DNA from: Vermamoeba vermiformis
Lineage: Eukaryota
Direction of reading: 5' to 3'
DNA: 64,000 bases
Assembly (NCBI GenBank): GCA_045837725.1
Contig: JBEWZL010000238.1
Span: forward strand, 1-64,000
In this document: piece after piece, positions 46,790-60,844 of the stretch
Numbering within the stretch: position 1 is the stretch's first letter
How the letters are laid out: every line of letters begins with the position of its first letter
Notes under the pieces: model-generated
What the model was told of the DNA's origin: nothing
Databases searched by the model: none
What the model saw: the letters and a program-made list of their open reading frames with translations, nothing else
Program-made: the position numbers and the translations under genes

Positions 46790-47765
46790 GCAATTTACGT
46801 AAAGTTACGCACGTTACTTAATCGCCGGAGTTATTTGACCAAAGTTTGACCTCTTTCATGAAAAAATCGGCCACTTTGGCTCGCTTTATCTACGTTCGTA
46901 GGGTTCACGTGTAAGTACACGCTACTTTTTTGACCAAAGTTTGACCAGTTTCACGAAAAAATCGACTTCATGAACAAAAAACACCATTTTTTTCGGTCGT
47001 CATTCCCAACGCGTGCTCCACGGCCGTAACATTACGACCCAACCGTTTGCCATGGTACATTGTGTTGCACATTCGCAAGCGTCATCTTTTTGTACACCTT
47101 GAGTACGTAATAATGACGCCGAGAAGTGGTCAATAAGAGTAATACAAAGAGATCAAGACCAATTTTACTCACGGGTAATCGGTTATAAAATCGTTTTACA
47201 AGCCTTTATCGCCAAATTTGTTCACCAATGTTGTGTTCAATAGATACAATAGACATTAATATCGTGGTATTAAAGCGTGGTGATAATAATAAAGGATCGA
47301 CACAGTTGCCTCATGCGACGCCACTTTAAGCTCAATTAATTACATGACGTTAAATGTACGCACAACTGCGAGCAGCCAAGCAAGAACAAAGGAGTTCTAT
47401 TTATAGGAATTGCGGATCTCCGTACATATTTCTCTGTTCGAACTGAAAGCGAAAGCATGCTTTTATATAACCTAAGGAACTTACTATGACTCCTCTTTGC
47501 CAACAATACGATTTTTTATCCAGTTTTTTATTCGAATTCCCTCCAACCTCAGTTCAAAAGCATTTTGTTCTTAGAGGGTTTATATAACTTAATTAATTAC
47601 CTTATGGCAAGAAATTCGATACTACATACTGGAGAGCATCATCGAATGGCGAATAGGAGCACAAGAAGTTTTTGTTTACGTTCAGTTTTGCCGAACAACG
47701 ATTGCTCCCGATAGAACACACCACGACCAGCACGCCAATGAAAGACAATTGTTACTGAGTGTTGT
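46790..47765 (+). repeat. Dispersed ~0.9 kb non-coding repeat, copy 2
   Basis: Matches 33650-34545, with an internal duplication of the tttgaccaaagtttgacc block. Confidence 0.9.
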
Positions 47766-47990
47766 ACCAGACGAGAAGAATGTGAGTTAAGTATTATTGG
47801 CATTAATTAATTATTGGAATGCCGTTTTCTGGATTTGAGAAATCTCGATATTCACGAAAAACTTTCGTTCATGAAAATTAAAAGCTTTGGCTGGTCCAAT
47901 GTACTGTGGTCTTATTGGAGGGAACGCTAAAAATGATGGAAAATTTCTGTCATCACTTTGCCGGCACGAAAGGGTTAACCAACGACGATT

Positions 47991-50900
47991 TTATTCAAAA
48001 TTGGTTGATGGGGCCTTGGACGAGTTGCCCAGATGCGAGTTGACAATGTGCACCAACAGTCTGTACGAGTTGAAGCAAGGATTAGCCACATCACCACAAG
48101 TTGGTGCCAACTCCTCCAGTGCTGAAGCGAGAGTGGTGAGTATCGGCGTCACGTGCTCGTTGATAGTCTGGTCCATAGGATCGAGCACCAACAAGATGTC
48201 TTTCAACCAGTTCAATTTCATCGATGTGGCCTGAAAAACGTAACGTTATTAATACAATACAACCACCTTAGAGTCGACTACGCACCTTATTCAAGTCGCA
48301 GCTCAACTGTTGCACGAGTGAGATGAGCACCACTTGCGAGAGGGGGAGAGGTGACTTGCCGAAGATCTTTTGCGGTGCTACACGCGAGCACAACCACGCG
48401 ACTATCTCCAGATCATTCGCACGTAGCGCCTGCGGAAGATCATCGTTAAGAGTGTTGCAATTAAAGACATACTCACCTTAGTAAACGCGTCTTCATAGAG
48501 CTCATTTTTGAGTGACTTTTCGAGCTCTACTTTGAGTTCTTTGTTGCTCGATGTCGCGGCGACTTTCTTCTTGGCGGCACCACTCGCTGCACTCAACTTG
48601 CTGCTCGTGACATTCACTGCGGCTTCTGAATCGAAGGACGTGCTGGGCACTGCACTGGTGTTGATGCGCGAGCTGCTGCCACCATTGCGCTCCACGTACT
48701 CGTTCAATATCTTGCTCTGCGTCTCGACAATGACACGGTTCATGTTCTCAGCCACTGCCACCAGCGAGTTCACAGCCACACGCAGCAGTTCAGTAGTGAC
48801 GACTGATGCGTCACTCGAGTGCGAGACTGCGCGCGAAGTGATGTTCGTGTTGTTCGTGGTGCCGCTGGGGGCTGAGAGGGGCTTCACATCTGACAGCGAG
48901 ACTTGCAGCGTGGCTTGGTACTCTGCGCATTGAGTGTTAGTGTGAGCTCGGTGTACAATGGAATAACAACGACGCACCTCTAATGCCGTTCTCAAAGGTG
49001 TTGTTGATCTGCTCGAACAACTTCTGCAGCGCAAGTTCAAATGACGGCGCCAAGACCTCGGAGAATTGACTGCGGAACGTCTCCATGATCGGTTGACGCA
49101 CGCCCTTCTCCACGGCCTCGCTCACGTGCTGCACAATCTGCTTGGAGGCCAAGTGCTTGTCAATCGCTTCTTTGACCGAGGTCTCAATGCGCGGCACAAA
49201 GTTCTGACCACAAACAGAGTGTGAGGCACTAGTAAGATAGATATATATATATCGAGTACGTACTTGGAAGAAAAGCTTCTTGAGGGCCTCTTGCAGCTGC
49301 TTCAAGAGATTGGTCTCGATCAGCTGTCCGACGACTTTGTTCATGCTCGCCGTGAGGGTCTTGAACTGCTTGTTGAGCGCCTTCTCCAACAGCTTGGGCA
49401 AGTTCTGATTGAGTGCGTGCGAGATGTTGCTCAGCAGCACCTTCTGGCGCTCTTGCTCCGCTCTCTCGCGCTGTTTGCGCTCTTCATCCAGTCGTTTGAA
49501 CAGCTGCTGGTTCTGAAACTTGATGATCTCTTCAATGGCCTGCAACAAGTCACCGCTGCCCGACTCCTTCACGCGCTTGATCAGCTCACTCTCGGGCGTA
49601 TTCAGCTCTTCGTACACGTAGGGGACTGGCTCCTCTGTCGCAGCACAGGGTCAGTACACAGCTGCACCAGTACACCGCATTACGTACCCTCTTTCTTCAA
49701 TATCGTCACTGGTCCCTCCACGCCCAGCTTGTCTTTTTTGGCGCGCGTTTTGCTCGCCTTGCTCGTGCTGTCTTTCTCCTTGGTACCAGGAGCGAACTGA
49801 ACCTTCTGCTTGGTGCCCTTGGTCGGTGTCTTCTTGCTTGCCGCGGTCACGTCGCCAGTGCCGATCGGTGCTGCCAAGAGCTTCTGTTCGACAGGCAAGG
49901 GCGAGGTCTCACTCTCATCTGGCTCTTCGATCTCAAACATGTCTTGAGTCACGTCAGACTCTTGCGGCTCATTCACCTCTTCTTCGCTCTTCTCGCCAGT
50001 GGTGTGCGGGGGTGAGGCAGGCACGGCGGGCTCTTCTTCCACGGACTTGCTGCTCGCTGCCTCGTGCGGCACGTACATGATCGGTGCCGTGGCGTGCAAC
50101 TTGTCCTCGGTGTGCTGTGGGGGCTGCACTGCTGGCAAGTCAGTGACGGTGGGTGGTGAGACAGCGCGCTGATTGGTGTTGTTCTCGGGCATCACTTCCG
50201 TTGGCAGCTCGACTGGCTGTGCACTGACGAGTGGGGCAGACACAGTGCGCTCTTGTGGCACGTAACAGCGCGAGGAGTTCAAGTGATACATCTGAATGGA
50301 GCGCAGTTGTGTGGCATAGACCTGCAAGTGAATCAGTTCGCCGTGCTCGCCCTCGCTGCTCTGTGCTGCAGGTGCACCGCCCTGTTGATGCGGGTGATGG
50401 TGATCTTGTGGCTTGTGATTGGTGACGGTGAAGCTCATGATCGGATTGAGCTCGTCCTTCTTGTTGTCGAGCGAGTACTCGGTCAGATAATCGAACTTGG
50501 TGTGCGTCATGTCGTAGTCGACTATCTGATCGCCAGACTTGAGCGGCACAGGCGGCTCCAAGTGCAGAATGTCGAGGCACTGTGCGTGTGTGTGCGTCAC
50601 GAACAAGAAGCTGCACGTCTTGTCGAAGCACAGCTTGTTGCCGTAGCCGTGCGATGCGTCTTGTTCGGGCTTGACGTGCAGGCGAATGGTCTGCAACAAC
50701 TCCCAGCTGTCAGTGTGCCACAGCTTGAGCTCTTCGTTCAGCTTGTTGCCCGTCAAAAACAACTTCTCCACGCCCTGTCGAGTGATCAGTCCGTGCTGCA
50801 ATAGCGTCGCTAAGTGTCAGTACTCACCGGTGCGAGGGACTTCTCGGGGGCCAAGAACTTGGCGGCGTACACAGCACTGCCCTCGTGGGGTTGCCACACC

Positions 50901-52345
50901 TTGACCACCTCACGCGTGGCCATGCTCCACACCACCACGGTGCCATTCGAGCCTGCTGCTGCAATGTGCTTGCCATCGTGCGAGAAGGAGAGGTCGTTGT
51001 ACTGCGCGAGTGATCAGTGCGCGCAACAACCAACAGCAATCGGATGGACACTTACCGTCACGCTTTCATCGCCCTCGGGCACGGGTAGCTTGAGCACACC
51101 GTCCTGCGCATTTGACGAGCTCATGCACAGCGGAATGTTGCACAGCCACAGCGCACCTTGGCCCACCACCGCGAGGTTCTCTTTGTTGCTCGGGTCCCAG
51201 GCCAGGGCTACGAATGGTCCTGTCGCGCTGAAGGTGTGCTCTAACTGACGCGAGGCCCTGTGCACGTGTTAGTGGGTGCGAATGACACCGTTCAGTGAAT
51301 CGTGGTAACAACGCACGTGATCTCGTTGGTGGCACCAGTGGCATGCGACTCCAAGTTCCACACGACCAATCGTCCGTCCTTGTCGAGTGTGGCGAGCACA
51401 TCCTCCGTGTCGCTGAAGAACTTCATGTCGACAATGGGCGACTCGTGTGCTTTCAACAGCTGTCGCGCGGCTGTCATGATTTCAATCACGCGCACCGAGT
51501 TGCCTGATGACGTGTCAGTGCATGTCCAAATTAGGAAATGTCACCACTCACCCTTGACGACGTAGCACATGAACTTGGCGTTGACGGAGATGACGTTGCC
51601 GCACTTGTAGACATTGGCCTCGGGCTTGGGGAACAGTGTGATTGGCACCACTTCGAGGGGCTTGCGCGGCAGTGTGAAGCGCGTGTAGTCGAACTGCCTG
51701 CTGCTGATGGGCATGCCGTGCTCTGCAGAGATCGCGGTTAGAGCTGTGCATCGCTGGCACTAAATATAGCGCACCTTGTTTGACGGGTTTGGCGGAGGAA
51801 GTGAGACTGGTGGAGGTGCGCAGTGTGCGCTCAGGGGTGGCGGGCGTGGTGGTGGCACTTGGCACAGTGGCACTCGTGTTCAGCGGCAGTGTACTGGCAC
51901 TGGTAGCGGTGGTGGGTGGAATTTCTTGGCTGGTGAAAAGTTTTGCCGGATCGAGCGGAACTCTAACAATTAATTAGCTTGTATTTTGTGATAATTATTT
52001 ACATGAGTGTTACGGCGTGAATTTATTATGTGGGTGTGAATTTGAATTGATTATTTATTTATAATTAATTTGCTGAATTCAAACTTACTCTATTTGAGCT
52101 TGAGGAGGTGCCATGCCTCGCTGATCGACGCCGTAATTGTGTTCAACTCTGCTCGGTACAAAATTACCCGGATGTGAGTGCATGCCGGGCGGGGGAGGAT
52201 AGCCCATTGGGGGCGGCATTGGATTAAACGTCATGATTGGCGACATTGAATGATTCATCTGAGGTGGCATTTGGTGATGCATTTGCATATTATTAGGATT
52301 CATTGGTGACCCCAAGTGCATTGGGTAATTCGGATTTGGCTGCAT
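47991..52345 (-). CDS. EDC4: Enhancer of mRNA decapping 4 (Ge-1/Varicose): Pro-rich N-terminus, WD40, coiled coil, conserved C-terminus
   Basis: ISVNAKFMCY, RQLLKAH..PIVDMKFF, LFLTGNKLNEELKLW, FDYLTEY, LAPSFELALQKLFEQIN..F..G, LSQVVLISLVQQL, KLNWL. Confidence 0.88.
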
Positions 52346-52613
52346 GATCTAGTCTGGTCTTTGCAAGTGATAATTGCTCGTGTGATTAACGGACACTTAA
52401 ATAAATACGGTCCGAGTTATTAATATATAAGACAATTATCTACAACTACTGTACACTAGTGTGTTTGTTATCAAAACAAATACTGACTAATTAGAGCTTT
52501 GAAAATTGAAAGGGACATTGCATTGCCCTGCACGGCACCGTGCTCGCATTGAACTCACGCGTGTTAAATACATAGCTACTATATTTATTTACATGTGCAG
52601 CACTAGGTGGTGT

Positions 52614-53120
52614 TTATTTCTTGAAGCGTGGCTGGTACATCTCAGCGTTGTCTAATCGCGATAACATGGCCTTGGCTTTTTCATCTTTCTCGCGCAGTGC
52701 TTCTAACCTTTGACGGTCTATAGTGTGGTTAGTTTAGTAGTGTGACAACAATATACGGAGGGAGTTCAAGCCTGTTGGAGTCTAACTCCGCAATGTCAAT
52801 CTGACACTTCGCTTACCTCGCTCTTCTTGTTTCCTATCTTCTTCAATATAGTAATTCTTCTCGGCCTTTTTCATGTCCTCTTTGGCCTATGCGCGTTAAT
52901 TATTAATCGAACGACACGAAAAGATCCAACAAATTTTCGCAAATTGCAATAAAATTCGGATAATTATCCCAGTAACACGTACATATATAGCAGCTATAAT
53001 AAGGCCTGAATAGAGCACTCCAAAAATTGCTAAATTTCTTGGTCGTCTCAAAAACTTTGGTAGCGTATCCAAAGCGAGAATAGTGCGCCAATGTGATTGA
53101 CCAGGCTTGGGCTGCTCCAT
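52614..53120 (-). CDS. Small single-TM protein with a charged coiled-coil tail (3 exons), function unknown
   Basis: MEQPKP...LAIFGVLYSGLIIAAIY|AKEDMKKAE...|...YQPRFKK*, joined by canonical introns. Confidence 0.6.
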
Positions 53121-53389
53121 AGTTAATATGATATGAACAATAACGAGGGTGATTGTTGCAAGCAGATCCACCGTGGTAGTGCTGAATTGTGCAATGATAA
53201 TTATTTTTGGTGAGTTCCGATCGTACCGAAGAGTTTGTTCCGCGCCTGCGAGTTAACAGTGATAACTGGTATGAAGTGAGTTTGATCGCAGTATGTAGTG
53301 TAAGGGTCATATTCGCGAATTCTTAGGTTGAAAGTGGGGTGTTTATTTCACAAGCTGTATTTACAAAAATAGAAGTGTGGTGTTTGCAT

Positions 53390-56300
53390 TTATTTCTTGC
53401 CTTTCTTTTCTTTGACGAGCGTGCGGTTGACAAATGTGAGACCAGCGCGCGTGTAACCAATGGTGGTAGTGGGCTGCAAGGTCTGGATCTGATGCACGGG
53501 TTTGCGAATATAATCGCGTGTCGGCCACACCAAGTGACCACGTGCAATACCGCGCGTGAGGAACTTCAAGAAGTCGAGCGGAATGAACCAGATGATGCAC
53601 CAGATCCACGCCACGAGCACGTAGCCCCAGCCCGAGCCACCAAAGTTGTTGACGCCGTTGTTGGGATAGCCACCGAGACCATAGGCGCACAGCACCGAGG
53701 CCACGACTTGCGCGAACAAGAAGGCACCGAGCACGAGCCACGAGGGGCGCTCAGTGTAGGAGAAGCCTTGCGCACGCGTGACAAAGATGACGGAGAGACC
53801 CGAGAGCGAGACCTGCAAGTAGATGAGGCCGCGGATGCTGTTCTGATCGAGCTGTGGCAAGCCAAAGGTGCTCGGCCAGAAGTCCAGATTGATGGTGATG
53901 TGATAGAGCACCAGCGTCGAGGCACTGAGGTACAGACCAATCACAATCGCCACCGAGTAGATTTCTTTCAACGACCACTGATCGGGCACGCGACTCGGCT
54001 TGACGCGGTCTTTGCTGATGGTCAACATGCAGCCGTCGTTGAGCAGCGCGAGAATGACAATGGCAATGGTCGGGAAGTAGAAGTCAAAGCCTGTCGTCAA
54101 CAGACCGAAGGTGAACACGACACGCACGGCCACGGCAATGCTGTACGTAGCGTAGTTCTTCATGCGCTGGAAGATCTTGCGACTGCCGATGATGGCGTCA
54201 ACAATCACACTCAGACCCGCGTCTGTCAGCACAATGTCACTCGCTCCACGAGCTGCGTCGGTGGCACCTGCGACGGCAATACCAATGTTGGCTTTCTTGA
54301 GGGCCGGGGCGTCATTGACACCGTCACCAGTCATGCCGACGACGTGCTTCATGCGCTGCAACTTCTTGACGATGGCGAACTTGTCTTCGGGGAACACTTC
54401 AGCGAAGCCATCAGCAGTCTCCACGAGATCGGTGACGGACATGCCGAACTCAGCACTGATGCGACGACGCGGCATGCGCAGGGCCTTGGAGGGCAAGATG
54501 TTCTGATTCATGCCTAACAAGCGCGCAGTCTCCTTGGCAATGGCGAGCTGATCACCGGTGATCATCTTGAGGCCCACACCCCAGTCCTTGATCTTTTCAA
54601 TCGTCTCTTTCGTGTCGTCACGGGGCGGATCGAACATGGGAATCATGCCAATCATCTCCCAAGTGGTGCCGTCATCTGAGCGCGACACACCGAGTGATCT
54701 GTAGCCGTGCTTGGCGAGCTCGTCAATGTCGTACTGAGCCTCGCTGCGGATGTTTTCTTTGTTCGCGGCCAAGTTGAGCATCACTTGCGGCGCTCCCTTG
54801 CTGGCCCACATCACCTTGCCGTTGTCGTCGCGCACTTTGGCAGCAGTTTTCTTGGAAATGGGATCGAAGGGCTGGAAGTTGACCATGTGCCAGTTCTTGA
54901 GGCGCGCAGTCATCTCTTCATTGCAGTGCTCGACCATGGCCATATCAATGCTGTCACCAGTCTCGGGGGTAGAAGCGAGGGCAGCGTAGAACAAAATCTC
55001 TTGAGGGTGCACATCGGGGTTGTAGCTGATCGGATCTGCCACGGTCAATTTGTTCTTGGTCAAAGTGCCCGTCTTGTCCGAGCACAGAATGTCCATGCCT
55101 GCGAGTTCTTCGACGGCAGTCAAACGACTCACAATAGCCTTCTTGGTGGCCAATCGTTGCGCACCAATGGCCATGGTGACGGACAGCACAGTCGGCATGG
55201 CAATCGGAATGCCACCGACGATGAGCACGAGCATGTTGTCCAGCGTGTAGCACTCGCTCAGACTCAAGCAAGGGGCACGACGCACCGCGAATTGAATGAT
55301 GAGCTCAATGGCGACCCAGGCAATGATGAGAATAATGCAGAACCAGCCCACGGAGCGCAACACGCGTTGAAAGTGACCGATCTCTTCGACGGAGGAGATC
55401 AAACTCGCTGCTTTGCCGAAGAATGTGTTGACTCCTGTAGCAGTCACAAGCGCCTTCATTTCTCCTTGTTTGGCTAAGTTACGGAAGAGATCAGTCATTG
55501 TTGATGAATTTAGGCTATTGAAATCGAAGTCATCAATATCACATACCAGTAGAGCCAGAATAGATTTCATCGCCCACGTGCTTGTTGACCGGCAAGGACT
55601 CGCCAGTGAGGGAGGACTGATCGACTTTGAGTTCTTCAATGTGACCCTCGCCCTCTTCACCGCTACTCAGCAGTACTGCGTCGGCAGGAATTACATCACC
55701 GAGTCTGACTACAATCACATCACCGGGCACCAGATCGGCGCTAGGAGTTTCTTTGCTCAAAACTCCGTCGCGATAACACTACAAAAAATCACGACGTCAA
55801 TACATGGTAATACTTAAATACCGAACACTAAGCACTCACTTTACATGTGGGCGTCAGTTGTGCTTGCAGGGCTTGAATGGCGCTGCCGCTCGAATACTCT
55901 TCCCAAAACGCTGAAAAATGGCGATTGATTAACACACACGAGTTCCAATGACCACTTTGCTAATATGATACTTACCAATAGTCGAGTTGATCAACAACAG
56001 CGCTACAATCAGAGCAAAATCAACGTAGTCCAACAAAATAATAGCAATAATGGCGGCTGCCTCCATGACCCTGAAAAGTCAAGATTAATACACGCAATAA
56101 TCAAAATATGATTCAAACTTACCAAGATAGAGGGTTCCACATATAGCTGAGGTATTTCAGGACCGGATTGTCTTCAAAAAAAATTAGAATTTCGCCTACA
56201 ATTTAATCAAAATTCTCGCGCGCTTACTTTTCTTAGTGGGCAAACTATTGGGACCAAATTTTGCAAGTCTCTCTTGCGCTTGGGCAGCAGTCAAGCCATT

Positions 56301-56907
56301 AGGAGTGCTTTCCAGATCTTTCAACTTTTTCTCAATTCGCTCTGCAGGACTTAGATCTTTGTCATGAGAATCATCGGTAACCAGAGTGTGAGTCTTCTTA
56401 TCGGCAGTTTCATCAGTCGCACCGATAGAGCTCTTTCTACGGAACAGTTTTTTCTTCTTGTCTGTCGGGAAGATCCGGGGTTTTAGCTTCCGCTCTATTT
56501 ATGGAACATCTATTCTGTTCAAACGATTACTTACGACCAGCGGGTACGGCGGGTTTGACGTCTTCTTGGAAGTCAGTATCGATGCTCTCGCGACCTTCCA
56601 AACTATCACGGCCTCCGCGTTCAGCAGATGGAGCAATTGCCGGCGACGCAAAGCCTCTCACGCCAGGCACCGAGCCTAAGCCACGCGTGTCGGGTCTCTT
56701 GCGCTGTCCAGTAATTGGCGTCATTGGTATTTCATTGCCAGCAGCCGGATGTACTTCAGGAGTTTCAACAGGCAATCGCTCGGTAGTAATAGGAGTTTCA
56801 GACCCACTACTCTCCGAGGACGACGATGAAGTTGAATTGGAGCGCGACTTAGCCGCAGCACTATCTGGGTGCTCTTCCGTCTGAGATGTGCTGCTGGAAC
56901 TTGACAT
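53390..56907 (-). CDS. Plasma-membrane P-type H+-ATPase (P3A, PMA-like), multi-exon
   Basis: [53 protein letters not shown]. Confidence 0.96.
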
Positions 56908-57394
56908 GATTGGATGTCTTTCAAAATGATAAAAAAAAAAATATCAAAGTTTTGTTGCTTATTTATACCTGGTAAACCTCGGGTATTATTGGTGGAAAAC
57001 TCGTCAAAAGTGCCTAAAGAGGATAAATTGTCGACCAGGGCAGGGAAATCTAACCGGAACTAAAATTTTCACGTGATCGTAACTCCTGTTTTCGAAGTAC
57101 CGCACACCCAGAACATTTAAACTCCGGCTGATTGGCTGAATATTACCCGCGGCCCCGAAATTTCCAGCAACGTGCGCACCGTTCGTCGAATCCACCCTAC
57201 GGAACCAGATCCCGACTGATGGAGCAATCGAATAAACTCGAATCATGGCTCAAGTCACGTCTTAAGGCCCACAAAAAGAACAAGGTCAACTTAACAGGTG
57301 CATTACTTAGCTATGTTTACTGTCTTTTAACTATTGTTTAGCGTTTAATTTTGCTAAGTTGAATTTAATTTTTTCACTCGCTATTTAATTATAC

Positions 57395-60300
57395 ATGCCC
57401 ATCAATTATCTTGATTGCGTAATTCCAAAATTATTTGCTGAGCTACAAATTATTTTCTGTGCGATCCAATCCACGTTTAAAATAAGAAGCAGCGTAACTT
57501 CGCGAGACCTGATCATTGCCCAATTCGCCATATTCAATGGCCATATCAATCAAGCAGACAAAGCTATTTTAAGCTTAACTCTTAATTTTACAGAGAATGA
57601 CTTGAAGGAATTCAACGAGGCCTCTACAATCTGCCTCAACGCCATCGATCATAGTCCGAGCGAGAGGTATGTATATATTCTTTACGGCCGTATCTTCCGT
57701 TCATTTTCAGACCGAAAATATCAGGCGAGATCTACGCGCGTAAAAAAATAAATCATCACGAAATAGAATCAATTAGCCTAATTTACCGATCACGTGACTG
57801 ACATTACTGTGCAGTGTGATATGTGCAGCGATCAGTGGTCTCAACTACCTCGCTGCTGCACACGAAGAGTACCGCTCTCTAGCCTCGCTGCGCTTGATCC
57901 AAATCATCCGCGACAAGGCACACTATGGTCCGCGGTGTACTGGCACTGCTGTCAAGGGCGTGGCACTCCTCACGCACTGGGAGCACAACAGCCACGAGCA
58001 GCACAGTGCTGGACCCATGCCTGCCTCGCTGCTCGCACCACTCAGACTGCTCGCGGCACTGCTCACCACGGAATCGAATTGTTCCGCCGTGCTCGGAGCT
58101 CTCTCCGCACTCGCTCGGAGATTTCCCGCAGCTCAACCACCCATCCTGGCAGACCTGCTCTCGACATTCCAGGTCAGTTAATGGACACTTCGGCAGCACG
58201 GCTCATATTCTATTTTTAGCGCGCAATGAACAGCGCAGATCACGTGACTGTCGCACATTGTTTGGTGGCACTGGCACGCATCGCCCAGTCCAATGCACTG
58301 CTGCGACGATTGTGCGCGCAAGAGTGGATCAAGGTACGTGTGTCACGTGACTGACTGAATCACGTGTAGAAATCGTTAATCACCTGACACCGACCAACAA
58401 TTGCCTTATTTAGGCATGCTATCATCACGACTATCGCATACGACGTGGTGGCATCAAGAGTCTGGGTCTGGCGCTCAGTTCTGTGGGCAGTATCCTTTCA
58501 CTGAAAACAGCTTCTTGCGCTCTCCAATCACGTGCTCCTTAACTGATCTTTAGATGTGACGCGCGATGAAGTGCTCGAACAAGAGTGTTACATGCTCGCG
58601 ACCGATCTGCTCGTGCACGGCGGCAATGCTGAGCTGCAAATCACTGCCAGCACTGGTCCGCTCGTTGAGTACGTACCTTTGTGACACGTGTCATGTGCTG
58701 ATCTCTACTAACTTGTCACGTGCAGTGCTGTCAGTGCGCGCGAGGACGTGTCAGCAGTGCAAACAGCCGCGGTCAAGGCCCTGGGAAAGTTGTTGCTGGT
58801 CGATCACGGTGAGCTATTTATAGATATATTTGCCTTATTTGGACACTAATTAGTGCACAGTCACGTGGTGGCCGAAGATCATTCCCATATTTGGCGAGGT
58901 TCTCACGCAGAGCAAATATTCCGTGCGCGTGAAGAGCGGCGCATTGACAGCCCTGGCCCTGGTTGGTGTTGATCTCGGCGAGCACGAGCTGAAATATTCC
59001 GCCATCAAGCAGCTAGTCTTTGCCACTATTCACGGGGCCACTCACCTTGCACTTCAACGCGCTGCTATTCGTGCCTTGGCGCTGCTGGGTCAACGCCACG
59101 CAGATCTGGTACGTACTTGCCTTATTTGGAAGTAACATCGTCTGATTGGTCGCTTGCTTAGTATCAACTCGCCAAGAATTTAATTCGCGAAAAAATGTTA
59201 GCCGCGCCCGGAGTGTTGCCTAATATGGGCAATGCTTTTGATACGCGCGTGACGTGGATTGAAGAGTGGTGTCTATTAATAGCGCGCAGTCATCACACGG
59301 CACAAATGCTCTGCCGTTCAGTGAATTCACCTTACCATGCCGTGTCCATCACATTACCTGATTTGGTAACTCCCAATTTGATTCAATTTGCAGAGTTGAA
59401 TCTCGATCAAATCTCGGCGGAGATTGCGCAGTCGGAAGAATTGTTAGTCACGTGCTGCGTGTCATACAGCAGAGCGACACTTGACGCAGTCATTGCAGCT
59501 ATTTACGACCTCGACCTGTTCGATAACGAGCTGTTCATGAAAAATCTCAAACGACTGATCGCGCACTGCAACAAAGTCACGTGGATTCGACCTCCGCGCA
59601 GTGTACCTATTGACACGCACGTGACACTGCTCGAACAGATCGCGGAGTTGAAGACCTCTGTGCGGGTACGTTGAGGAGTTATTCCGCTCTACCGTGCATT
59701 GACCATTTTAGGCAATACTCGTGTCAGTGCTGCTCGATCCGACGCGATTAGACGCAGCGAATCAGATTCGCGAGGCACTGTGGTCAACGCGCACTCAACC
59801 GACCAGTCCGCTGATGGTGACAGGTGTCATTCGGTCACCTGCACCGCGCTCGCGACAGCTCAACTTGACTGGCCTGCACCCTGAATTGTTCCGCCTCTGC
59901 GGAGCTGCGCGCGAGATTGGAAGTCAACCGACTGCCACACCGCAGACTGGCCTGCTCGGAGCCCCTCCGAGTGATGAGTCACGTGGTGCAGTGCTCGGTG
60001 TCAGACTCAAGCCCACGCGCAATGACGCAGACGAGGGCGCGGAGGACGGAGGCTTGAGCTACTACAACTACGCCTCGCGCCTGCAAGCGATCATGAACGG
60101 CGTGATGCCTAATTTGGTCACTGACCAGGACGTCGCGCCTTTTATAGACAGTTTGAAGCCGCAGATGATCGACGACAATTCGGAGATATTTTTGGTACGT
60201 GTTGATTTTCACTGAACGAGCGGCACTGACCACGTGATCAGTTCAAAAAAGGTTATTATCCGTTGTGGGAGGCCACACTGGGCGGTGCAAATTTAGACCA

Positions 60301-60669
60301 CAACTTTCAGACCTACGAGGACATTGAGGTGATCTGGCGCGAGCTCGGCAGCGCGTGTCTCAAGTCGCTGTTCTGGCAGCCAGATCTGGGCATTCAAGGC
60401 TTTTCAATCATCAAACGCTTCAGCAAAGACTATCGCATCTCCATCTGGCTCGATTGGTACGACGAGAAGCTCTTGTCGAAAGTGCTGTAAGTGTTTGCCT
60501 AACTAGGAGAATGCATTGCTTACGGGCTAAAAATAGATCGCAACTGCCACAGAAGTTACGCGAGCGCAAGTTCATTTACAGACCCAATTTGAAGCGCATT
60601 ATGAAGCACGACTACAAACAGCTGAGCATTGCCATGCTGTCCGAACTCACCAACAAGCTCAACAAGTAG
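57395..60669 (+). CDS. Multi-exon HEAT/ARM-repeat-like protein, function unknown
   Basis: Successive GC-rich exons with amphipathic repeats (VKALGKLLL, VRVKSGALTALALVG, LQRAAIRALALLG) separated by short GT-AG introns. Confidence 0.6.
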
Positions 60670-60844
60670 GGCACGTGTAGCGAGGCAGTAAATGTAATAT
60701 ATAAAGAGATATATAGCTCTGTTGTACTCGATGATGTCTGAGCGGAATTATAGCGGTGGTGTTACTAGTAACTGAACTATAGCACAAATCAAGTATTTAC
60801 TTCGGTTACTAATTTACATAATCATCGCACAGTCTATTTATAGC

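Noticed and set aside
53339-55477. Long plus-strand ORFs (392 aa, 256 aa), and similar antisense ORFs over MVD, EDC4 and the bromodomain gene
   Set aside because: They are antisense shadows of strongly codon-biased GC-rich genes.
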